This document shows positions 53,801 to 64,000 of a stretch of 64,000 nucleotides of DNA, piece by piece. Origin of the DNA: Trichosphaerium sp. ATCC 40318. Taxonomy: Eukaryota; Protista; Tubulinea. Numbering within the stretch: position 1 is the stretch's first letter; each line of letters begins with the position of its first letter. Position numbers and translations under genes: made by a program. The notes below the pieces were generated by a model, which had not been told where the DNA came from, made no database searches, and was given only the letters and a program-made list of their open reading frames with translations. The DNA is taken from the NCBI GenBank assembly GCA_038496445.1, contig JALMLS010000093.1, positions 186,001 to 250,000 on the forward strand. Direction: 5' to 3'.

Positions 53801-54178
53801 AACCGTATCAAATAGCGGTTTATCGCTTCTTAACTGAAGAAAGTGATTTTAGGCACGTTTAGGCTTATGTCGCGTACATTACAGGCGAATGAGGCGTATC
53901 CTCTGTAAAACAATTGTCAGTCAACGTATAATGTAATCTATAGCATTCTCTTACGGCGCTGTGGTCATTTCATCGCCAATGTGTAACGTAAAGCCAGGTG
54001 TCTTGGAATCTTTCGCCCAGCTTTTAGCAACGCGTCTCTGAGCGACTAACCACTCGCTTTTCCAGCTGTCATCGTATGAATTTGCTATAGCTATGTCTGC
54101 ATCTATGTGCCTTGCTTCAGACAGCCCTATTAATGCCAGCAACGCGTACGCTCCTATTAGAAGCCACCCTTTTGCCAT
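50808..54178 (-). CDS. Secreted SGNH-hydrolase-like protein with two DNRLRE/CBM96-like modules, many exons
   Basis: Signal peptide, HIGDEMT, IVMLGSVD, IIPVLSTLPP, IPIIDL, DGFHLS. Then ADTYSNSRLPNDNYG..AFLYTSLDDIPQGSIVLNAMLNIY..WAEDEL, and a second module with WTQSNLTW. Confidence 0.65.
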
Positions 54179-54264
54179 GGCGCCCTTGTAACTACAAGAA
54201 TGGTTAAGCCGTACTGCCTTATTCAGTTTTTTTATTTAACGGTCGAAACAGCAAGCTAGTCACC

Positions 54265-56290
54265 ATGTTACAGACCTTTGCGATCATATTCGTGGCTTTA
54301 GTAGTGTTTACTTCGTGCCAGACAGTACAACGGTTCGAAATCTTTGAGCTAGCGCTCTCCGGAAGTACTTCTACCAACCCCTTCATGGCACGTGCTACAA
54401 TTTTTGAACTAATTGTGAAACCATCGTAACGGCCAGGACCAAAAAAAAAGGCATATCATTGAAAACTATTTGAAGCACGTGTTATTATTAACGGCCAGAG
54501 AATTTGCGAGAGAACTTTCAAGTTAGTGGTGAAGTTTACTCTAACATTTCCTCCTAGTTAAACGTTGAGGTAACATTTACTTTGAAAACCAGCGTCTCTT
54601 TATCAGCTTCTCGGTATCCAAAGGCAACCGTAACAGCATTCTATGATGGCAAGAATGTATGGAAAGTGAGATTCTCACCAGATACCGAAGGCAAGCCACG
54701 TGCACCCACAATTATTTAACAGTTCTTAGGTACTTGGGACTGGGTTTCCAGTTCAAGCGAATCGTCGTTGAACGGCCACAAAGGAAGTATCACTTGTACA
54801 CCAAAGACATCATCTTCTCACGGTGGCGTTATCGTTGATCCTGATCACAAACATCACTTTATCTACGAGGACGGTACACGCTATTTTATGATGGGATATG
54901 AAGCAGATTGGCTTTGGGCTCTTGGATTACCTGGTGTCAATACAACAGTCGAACTTGATGGCTTCGTAAAAATGACAACCTCCTATGGTTTTAACCAGTT
55001 TTTGGTTAACGTCTATGCGAACTATAGTCGTTGGGGAGAGAAAGTCAAAGCTCCACCACGTGTCGCACCAACGAAGCTTACGCCTTGGGGAGAAAACGGT
55101 AAACTTGATTACAACAGTATGGATTTGACATACTTTAAACATTTCGACGTTGTGATGGATACACTAAAGAAGTACGGTGCTGTTTGTCACCTCATGATTA
55201 CTGTATGGAACAAAGCCGTACAATGGCCATCGCATGCGAGTCCACAAGATGATTTGTTCTGGAGATATGTAGCTGCACGGTATGGCGCGTATTCAAACAT
55301 AATCTTCGATTTGTCAAAGGTACAGTGTATAAACTAAATTCTTCGAACTCAATGTTCTTTGCTTAGGAAGCTGGTCGCGAAAAAGATTCTTACTGGGCTA
55401 CAAGACTACCACTTTTATCTAAATTGAACGCTCATAAACGTCTCATAACATCTCATACTTACTGTCCAGACTGGAGTTATTGTGATTTTATTTCAGCACA
55501 AGTACATTCGAATTATTACAATACGAGTATTGCGTCGAGAAAGGCCCATGATATTCCTGTATCCACCGTAGAAGTACGCCTCAATCTTTGTTAAAAGTAC
55601 ACCGCTTTTTAATTAAATTTAATTTCTAGTTCTTGTATGAGCAAGGACCTATCCCTACTTTCGGCCCTCATAGGTACGTATTCTTTTGGAATTTTGAAGA
55701 ATGTTTTATCTGAACTTCAGCCCTGCTATTGTAATGCTTCCTGTCATGTGGTCCCTGTATATGAGCGGTGGATATGGCGCCTGGTACGTATAATAGAAAA
55801 AGATTTTTCACTAAAGCTCATGCGAGGTACTATGACGATTCTGCCTGGGACGTAATAATAATGGTAAAAAATTCTTGATTATTTCGTAAAATCTAACCTC
55901 TTTTTAGGATGAGACGCCAGGGTACAAGTATTGCAAATTACTCAAAGAGTTCTTTTCAAATGTAAAGTACTGGGAGATGGAGCCAAACAATGATTTTGTA
56001 CATACTTTTTATTGAAGGTTCGCTGAAACTTAACTCTCTTTTTGTAGATTTCTTCGCCATCACGTGATACCATTTATGGTCTTATGAATACTGGAAAAGA
56101 GTACATTGCGTTTGCATCCACTGATAACACGTTTTCAATCACATTATCACAAGTATCGTCAGCATTGTCGGCGGAATGGTATGATCCTACCACTGGTAAT
56201 AAAGTATCTGCTGGAACTCTAGGAACTGGTACTCATAAGGTGACACCTCCACATTCGTTTGAACATGAAGCAGTGCTTCACATACACTAA
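54265..56290 (+). CDS. Secreted DUF5060-DUF4038 (GH140 apiosidase-like) protein with a C-terminal collagen-binding-like domain, spliced
   Basis: VQRFEIFEL..NPF, FYDGKNVWKVRFSPDTEG|TW, HFIYEDGTRYF, YFKHFD, RYVAARYGAYSNIIFDL, AEWYDPTTG. Confidence 0.85.
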
Positions 56291-56472
56291 ATAAACACGA
56301 TATATTTTCACTTAAACATCATACAGAATATTGATTGTTGTGTTTTTTTAACCTGTTGTCAATGGATCTTTGGCGTGCATTTGATTCCAGTCGCTCAATC
56401 ATGTCTGAGTGGTTCATTTATCATATCACTTCTTTTGTGCAAAAAGGCGTGTTATGAAACTATTTAAAGTAA

Positions 56473-57363
56473 TTAGACTGTGTTATTAAAATGTATGTCC
56501 ATCTCCCCATCAGAACTCCACTGCCTGTATTCTCCTTTTTGTTCACCGTTGACATAAGAGTATTGCTTACACACTTGTCCATTACGATGCCACTGTTTAT
56601 ACAGTCCTTCTCGTATACCATTAACATAGTAGTATCTCTTCTCAATTTGCCCATTCCGATGCCAATGCTTGAACTCTCCTTCTTGTTTCCCATTGAGGTA
56701 ATAACCTTGCTTAGACAACGTACCATTCCTGTACCACCTCATGTATTTTCCATGTTTGTTACCAGTCACATAATAGCAATGTAACATTTTGTTACCGTTG
56801 TCATACCAAGACTTGTACTCTCCATCGTGTTTACCATCAACATAACAGCATTGTTCGGATTTACGATTATTGCTATGCCATCGTTTGTACTCTCCATTTT
56901 CTACACCGTTTTTGTAATGACAATGCTTTTTGTTATGCCCTGTATGGTACCACTCCTTGTACTCACCCTCTAGTCTACCGTTGATGTAGTAACACCTCTT
57001 TAACAGCTGTTTGTTGATCCACCAACATGTGTACTTCCCTTGAAGCCTACCACTGTCATAATTACAGAGCATTGATAGATTTCCATTGAGATGCCATGAC
57101 TTGACCTCTCCGTCACGTTTACCATGTTTCCAATACTCTTGCTGCACAATTTGCACTTTTTGGTCTTCATATACATCCGCAACTGTGTATTGAAGCCATT
57201 TCCCATGTTTTTTTAAAGAATTATCATACCTTGTTGTAATTGCTGTATATTTTGTTAGAAGAGGCCATTTAGCGTACAATTTAACGTCTAAATCAATAAT
57301 ATCAAGCTGTAGTTCTATAGGAAGGTCTAATAAGTTGCAATACTGTGATTGTGGGGTGCCCAT
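56473..57363 (-). CDS. Intronless F-box-like plus MORN-variant (YwqK-like) repeat protein
   Basis: LLDLPIELQLDII followed by about 9 24-aa repeats of YxNGxxEGEYKxWHxNG. Confidence 0.85.
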   Translation of the reverse strand: MGTPQSQYCNLLDLPIELQLDIIDLDVKLYAKWPLLTKYTAITTRYDNSLKKHGKWLQYTVADVYEDQKVQIVQQEYWKHGKRDGEVKSWHLNGNLSMLCNYDSGRLQGKYTCWWINKQLLKRCYYINGRLEGEYKEWYHTGHNKKHCHYKNGVENGEYKRWHSNNRKSEQCCYVDGKHDGEYKSWYDNGNKMLHCYYVTGNKHGKYMRWYRNGTLSKQGYYLNGKQEGEFKHWHRNGQIEKRYYYVNGIREGLYKQWHRNGQVCKQYSYVNGEQKGEYRQWSSDGEMDIHFNNTV

Positions 57364-57607
57364 AGTTACTTGATGTACTCCAAATCAAATAATTGCGACC
57401 TTTGGCGACTGTTCACCGAAAGAAAAACAAAGAAAAAAACTGGATAATCATTAGATCTGATTATTGTTTAGTGATAATATGGTTGCTTTTCTCCTTTAGT
57501 GCGTGGCGGTTTATTATTCCCACTATAATAGGTATGTTAACTCTGGATTCAGCTTAAAGCCCAAGAAAAACTTAGTAGCCTAGCTACAAAATACTCTTAC
57601 TTTTTAT

Positions 57608-59918
57608 TTACATTATGCTATATTCAGCCAAACCATAAAACTTGTTACTGTCCTTTGTATACTTTCCCATTACTGTAACCTTTTTAGTACCGCTTGCAAT
57701 ATCAATATTTAGCGCGAACGTTGTACTCTAAACGAAAACACTCAATCATAACAATGGTTGAAGAAAAAAAAAAACATACCTGCAGTGTCATTGGTTTAAA
57801 CTTGCCATCAATACTCACTGACATGGCAAGCGCGTTTCCTTTTGTTATTGTAAATGTCTGTGAACCAGCCTTTAGGTCTCCTGCACGCGAAATATAAGTC
57901 AAAATAATCTTGGAAGATAAGGACAACAATACCTTCAAGTGGACTTATAAGTCTGTGACCGTTTTCGTTGAATTGAGGGAAAGTCTTTGGAAACCTTACG
58001 GCCTCAACATCCTTACTTGTACATTCAATCTTGTAAGATAATGTCAACTGGTAGGATTTATCATCTTCTACAAAATATGTGGTAAGTAGTTACGGAAAGA
58101 AAGGGAAAATCACGGTACCAAAATCATCTGTTCTTGTGAACAGTTGGAAAATATACTTTCCCATTTTTGGAAACCGAACAAAAAATTCATGCATATTTTG
58201 ATCAGATCCAAGTGCTTCTTGATGTAACACCCACTGTGGAATCTTATCATCAGATCCAACTACAAAGATTATCAAAAAAAAGATTTACAGTTAAACAACT
58301 ACGAGAAGAAACAATGATGGTTGAAAAAAAAAAAAAGATACCTTGCTTCAATGCGGCAAAACATTGAATGTTTGTAGGTGCAGCTATTTGAATGTCAAGC
58401 GTTTCACCGCTTGAAAACTGTATTTTTCCTTCAGGATGGTTCACAAAGCAAATGTGTCTATCAAAGAAGTAATTCTAGATCAAGAAGAAATAAGAATATA
58501 ACAAGAAAATAGATAAACAAAGTTTGAATCACCTGGAGGTATGGAAGTGCATCAAATTCAGCGTCTGTAAGCTGTTTATCCAAAAGCTGCCATTCAGACC
58601 ATTGTGGAAAGTGTGTATAAATAAACTGACGTGGAGGTGTGCAAAAAAAGTAAGGACAAAAAGAGAAAGTAAATTTCCCTCCTTCAACAAAACCAGCGCC
58701 CCACGTGCAATCAATCAAGTACTATTTCAAAAAAGTTAGCGTAACTCATAACATAAAGGTATCGTACAAAATTGCCATAGATGCGCACAGCGTTCCATGC
58801 ATGACTCAATTCGCTATCAGTTGAAACGCTAGCATCAAAACTACTCCCTGAAGCTCTTCCTCCAATCTAAATTCCCAAGGAAGTCAGTCATTACACCGTC
58901 ACGAAGAACTCAAACGCACTTTGTATGATTCAAGCTTAGCTTCATGTGCTAGAGTATTGAATAACGTAGCATAACCTTCACATACTGCAGACCTTTTGGC
59001 TAATACATCAGACGCTTTCATAATACTAATTTTACCTATTGCGAAAAACCTGTTAGACGCACGTGATAAACACATGTAGAACGGAAGCTGGTATTCCTTG
59101 GATATTGACAAAACAGAAATCACGTTTCACGTGACTTTTATTGTCAACACAAATTCTACATACACGTGATTTCTGGGGTTTTTGTATTTATACGCACGTG
59201 TTTGATAGAGAGCTACATCATAAGAAATATGTGTCGTTATCCAAGTGAAGAAAGCGCGGATTTTTTCAAGGTCTGTTTTAGCAGGTCCTATTAAATATGC
59301 ACAAAGAGCAGCAATAGTCATAGCTTGACTATTTGGTGCATTTTTTGCATGCTCGTCTATAGCGTCAAATACTCCTAAAAGTAATTACTATTATAATCCC
59401 AATTCGTTTAAATAAAGGCGTTCCACGGCGTAAGTCAACGAGAGGAGTGCTGGGCGGTGCGTACCTTTTTCTTTGAGGGCTGTAATGTTCGAAATCGCAT
59501 CTGCTGTCGGGTTTGTCAATGTTTTCGGTGGAGGCTCATATCTAGTTGACTTATCGCCTATTGATCGCGATCTCGTAATAGATTTAGGCATTTTATATTA
59601 ATTAATACAAAAATGGTGAATACCTCGCTCTACCTCTAGCCCAAGGTAATGCTAAAACTGTGTATTGTCCTGTTTGCTCATCTGGCTCGCCTTCGTAAAG
59701 TACGCCGCCTTTTACTTTGCCCCACGCTTTTTTAGAGCCTTTACCCTATCGTAAGCTTAGTTTTAAGGTTTTCCGACAAAAGATATTTCTCTAACCGTTT
59801 TTTTAATAAAGCCTTTGAATCTACTCCCTATACCGCTGTGACTTTTACTTCTTTTCTTTACTAGCTTTTTGTCTGTTGGTGGGTCATTTACAACTATTGA
59901 TGGTTCATTTTGTGCCAT
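57608..59918 (-). CDS. Transglutaminase-like protease, kyphoscoliosis peptidase/CYK3/hillarin type, spliced
   Basis: IRAFFTWITTHISYD, SAVCEGYATLF (Cys), HAWNAV (His), LIDCTWGAG (Asp), YFFCTPPRQFIYTHFP..WQLL, C-terminal Ig-like repeats. Confidence 0.85.
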
Positions 59919-60026
59919 TGTCTCCCAGCTTACGTAATTACGCTAGCACAATTAGTTGTGCGCACGCAAGTTGTGGTTCAGAGTTAAGGCTCGATTTCTG
60001 TTTAAGATTGTTCAGTTCGAGTTGGA

Positions 60027-62402
60027 ATGTTCGTGATAACGCTAATCTTCCTCGTTCTAAGTACTAGCGTCGTTTGCCAAGAAGCTGGCGCAAAAGTAAC
60101 CATTACACAAAATGGTCTTGATAAAATCAACTCGATTGCTCTACCTGTTCTCATAAATGCTGTAAGGACGCTCAAAATACCTAACATAGCAGGAAAATCT
60201 GGTACATAATTTTATTTGGGCCTAAAGCTATTAACAATCGTCAAAGGATCATTCCAGTATTGGATAGAAGACATTACAATGGAAGAATTCGATATTGGGC
60301 AATCCAAAATTGTAGACGATGCTAGCACAGGTATACAAGTGCAATTGTACGCTACATAACTGAAGAAATCCATCTGACGCATTTGTAGCTCGGAGGTAAC
60401 CGCTATCATTAAACTTCACTGGAAACTACACGATTCTGGTACAAGCCTCACAGTGGTATTAAAAGTAACAAATTCATAGCGTTTCCATGGACTGGTGATA
60501 AAGGACACGCAAAAGCAACTACAAAACACTCAACTGTACGCAAACTTAGCTAACACGTATATTAACGCTAGTAGATTGGTGCCACAATAAGTATTGATGC
60601 TTCAGGGGATCGTCCGGTCGCTCACGCCGTAAATGTCGTCGCAGACTTAAACGATTTTGGTACACGACTGTGTTTTTTAAACGCCTTTTCTTGCCGCTCC
60701 AAAAACGTGACTTTTATTTTTGTGGTTGGTGGATTTGGTACTCATAAAACAATCGTAGATATTGATTTACATGGAAGAGGTATTGTGGGTGTAATCATCC
60801 GTATTATAAAGAAGGTGTTCAAGCATAAAATACATGAAGAAGTAGAAAATGCTGTAAAAAAAGCTATTACTGATGAAATCAATAATGGCATTAATCAAGC
60901 ACTTGCTACTCTTCCTACTACTCGTGCACTTGATTCTAGCGCTCAAATAGATTTGAGTTTAGTCAAAGGTGGTGTAGTTTTTGGTCCACAATACGTGTCT
61001 CTTGGCTTTAAAGGTAACACAGTTTTCTTATTGCACCATTCTTATTTTTTTCGCATTTTTTTATGTGGTTGTTTGTTAAATAGTGCTGTCAGTTAGCTGA
61101 TATCATTATTTTAGGTAGCTCCCAACCGATCGGACAACCAAACTTTAAACCACCATTTACGTACGTAACGCAGCTACAAACATGAAATTCAAGCAAAAAT
61201 AACCTCTAACAGTTTCTCATTTTTTTGTTCCCTTATTCATTCTTTCTTTAGACCTACGCCTACACCAAATTTAATTGATAAATCTAAAGAACTTCAAGTC
61301 ATTATTACTGACTATGTTATTGATGCACTGTCATATGTATACTTTGCACAACAGAAAATGGTACAACACTAATTCTTCTATTTATTTATTTTTATGAAAA
61401 TTTTAACCAATCAGCTCGCTTAATTGACCCCGAAAGCCAACTTCTACCATCACTTAAATGAATTCATTCTTTCTTTAGGAAATTAGAGTAACACCGCAGG
61501 ATGTACCAAAATCCTCACCACTACAGCTGAACACTTCAGACTTCTTTTTTTTGATTCCTGGTTTATCGTCAAAATATCCAAACAAAGCAATGTACTTGGA
61601 TGTATTCGCCAAGAAAGCACCTATGCTCTCTATCGCGCCAAATGGCTTGTTATTTAATGGTACAGTAAACTAAACAGATGGATTAACCTTACTAATAAAA
61701 AACAATAGGTACGGGAGGAATCAATGTAACTGTTCTTGTTGGCAAAACTTACGTGCCAGCTTTCTCCCTTGACTTTAATTTCTCGGCTGTTGCAAAGGTA
61801 CTTTGCTCACTACTAAACATATTAAATATGAGTATATACTAACCGTTAATAAATAGGTTGGACTAGCTAATTTAAAGCTAACAGGAAGTCTACAGCAGTT
61901 CAAGAGTGATTTTTCTGTGGCTGTAAGATAATTTGCTTTTTTTTGCATTTGATAACTCATGGGTTTTTTATAGAGTTCAAACGTTGGCAAGATTTATATT
62001 CTTGGCCCTTTTGAGGCTGCATTGAACCTACTGTTAACAGGATTAAAAGTATATGTTAACAAAGTTGTTCTTGATAAAGGAATTCCACTTCCAATAATTA
62101 AAGGTACGAATTTCATCATTTATTTTTACACGAAAATTGCTTCATCAAGTGCTAATGTACTGGACTCTAAACTACATAAAAAATAGTCTAGCACATTACA
62201 CTTTCGTTGTAGTAATTGCTTGGCATTTACTGCGCTTGGCTATGTTATAACTGTTCTAAAATCGTTTTTTTTAGGTGTTACATTTGTGAATCCACAAATT
62301 TCTCTGGCAAATAAATACATTGCTGTAGACACAGATATTAACTATACACCATCATTGGATATACATAGAAATGTGAATACATCATCAGTAGATATTGTTT
62401 AA
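60027..62402 (+). CDS. BPI/LBP (TULIP) family secreted lipid-binding protein, many exons
   Basis: Signal peptide, GAKVTITQNGLD, LKIPNIAG, INQALATLP, LNTSDFFFLIPGLSSKYPN, DKGIPLPII, VTFVNPQI..YIAVDTD. Confidence 0.85.
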
Positions 62403-63640
62403 GGGAGAAACAATTAATAAAACAAATCAAAGAATCAACGACTTTATTTTTTTATACTTTGTTATACGAATAACAGTTAATAGTATTTAAGGTTACAGTT
62501 GTACTATTCTTGATTGCAACACAAAATCTGTAATTTACATCTTTTAGTGGCACATGGAAAGGATTTTGTTGTCCTGTCGTTGAAATTGAAAGCGTACTTT
62601 TGGTCATATCCAAAGTAGCCGACATGATTTCTATCAGAAAAAAAAGGCATCAATACACCATTAGTTTTTATAAATACTTACGTGTTGCCGGAAAGGGTCA
62701 AGTCACCCTCAACTCTCCAAGTTGGCATATGCTCAACGCCAAAGCCAGTGGTTTGTACTCCGAACTTGAATTCAGTTCCAGGTAAATAAAGTTAGTGAAA
62801 ATTTAGCCGGATATTGGTTTTGTCTTGCCTGATTTCTATACGATGAAAAGTATTTTAAAAAGAAGCCGTCGAATTGTACGTATGTAAAATGAGACTTTCA
62901 TGATATTACACATGTTCATGGTCAAGTGAAAGAATTGTTCTAGATGGTACAATAAAGTGCTTTGTTGTGTAATTGCTTGCTTTACTGCGCTGGCTATGTT
63001 ATAACTGTTCTAAAATCGTTTTTTTTAGTGTTACATTTGTGAATCCACAAATTTCTCTAGCAAATAAATACATTGCTGTAGACAAGATATTAACTATACA
63101 CCATCATTGGATATACATAGAAATGGGAATACATCATCAGTAGATATTGTTTAAGGAAGGAACAATTAATAAAACAAATCAAAGAATCGACTTTATTTTT
63201 TGATACGAATAACAGTTAATAGTATTTAAGGTTACAGTTGTACTATTCTTGATTGCAACACAAAATCTGTAATTTACATCTTTTAGTGACATGGAAAGGA
63301 TTTTAGGTGTTGAAATTGAAACGTTGGTCATATCCAAGTAGCCAAAATGATTTGTAGAAAAAAAAGGGAATCAATACACCATTATTTTTAATACTTACGT
63401 GTTGGCCGGAATACAAGTCACCCTCAACTTCATTATATGCTCAACGCCAAAGCCAGTGGCTTGTACTCCGAACTTGAAAGGTTTGGCAGCTGCGCATAAA
63501 GTTAAAATTGCCGGATATTGCGCTTGTGAGAAAAAGAAGCCGTCGATTTGTACGTATGTAAAATGAGACTTGTCATGATAACGACTTACACATGTGTCAT
63601 GGTCAGAGAAAGAAAGAATTGTTCGAGATGGTGCAATATA
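62206..63640. repeat. Degenerate tandem duplication (~62206-62960 and ~62964-63640)
   Basis: The last BPI exon, its 3' UTR and downstream DNA recur with many 1-10 nt indels. Confidence 0.9.
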
Positions 63641-64000
63641 CTTATAGCTCTTTACGAAGTCTCTGTGCGTAGTGGTATGCCGCAGTGGTGTTATTTTTTT
63701 GTGTTTGATTATTTTTGGTCTAGTTTGGGAAAACGCTGCCTAACTGTTACGAGACGCGTTTAATAATACTAACACGCGAATAAGGAATCTTATTGGTTTC
63801 TTTCCAGTGATTCTTACCGCTAAAACAAGTAGATTCTCCAAAAGCTCTAGTTTTGACAACCTAAAGCTTGGACAGAAGCCTGACTTGATTGTAACGTGTT
63901 CCCACTATGAATAAGCATTCAGTCCTGTGGCTTAGTGTCGATGAACGGATGCACGTGATAAGTTCCGCTTAAAAAGTAGGGTTGTAGAGCAAATTGAGTG

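Noticed and set aside
1-64000. Alternative genetic code suggested by fragmented ORFs
   Set aside because: The stops checked fall in introns, and TAA, TAG and TGA all terminate reconstructed genes.

Overview
Eukaryotic, gene-dense, intron-rich protist DNA (roughly 36-38% GC by eye, standard genetic code, introns mostly 40-100 nt). The gene set (perilipin, Zn2Cys6-PAS factor, BPI/LBP, SPINDLY, Rit1, U12 introns) suggests an amoebozoan-like free-living protist, which is an inference. About 27 spliced genes were reconstructed by hand, so outer coordinates are approximate. They include CK1, tafazzin, UBA3, a very large membrane-repeat protein, two F-box-like/MORN genes, SPY, ABHD11, RIT1, an LRR protein, a SnoaL-like protein, TBC1D5, an IF1-like protein, a Zn2Cys6-PAS factor, an ankyrin protein, a trifunctional PabA-PabB-PabC, perilipin, F-box/WD40, TEX10/Ipi1, SRPBCC, SGNH-DNRLRE, DUF4038 (GH140-like), a KY-type transglutaminase-like protease and BPI/LBP. 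Most notable: (1) the palindrome CACGTG is about 7-fold over-represented across exons, introns and intergenic DNA; (2) a single-polypeptide pABA pathway; (3) minor-spliceosome (U12) introns plus frequent GC-AG introns and relaxed acceptors; (4) an uncharacterised protein with about 16 membrane repeats; (5) a head-to-head pair of secreted bacterial-type carbohydrate-active genes. No rRNA, tRNA, CRISPR array or recognisable transposon was seen.
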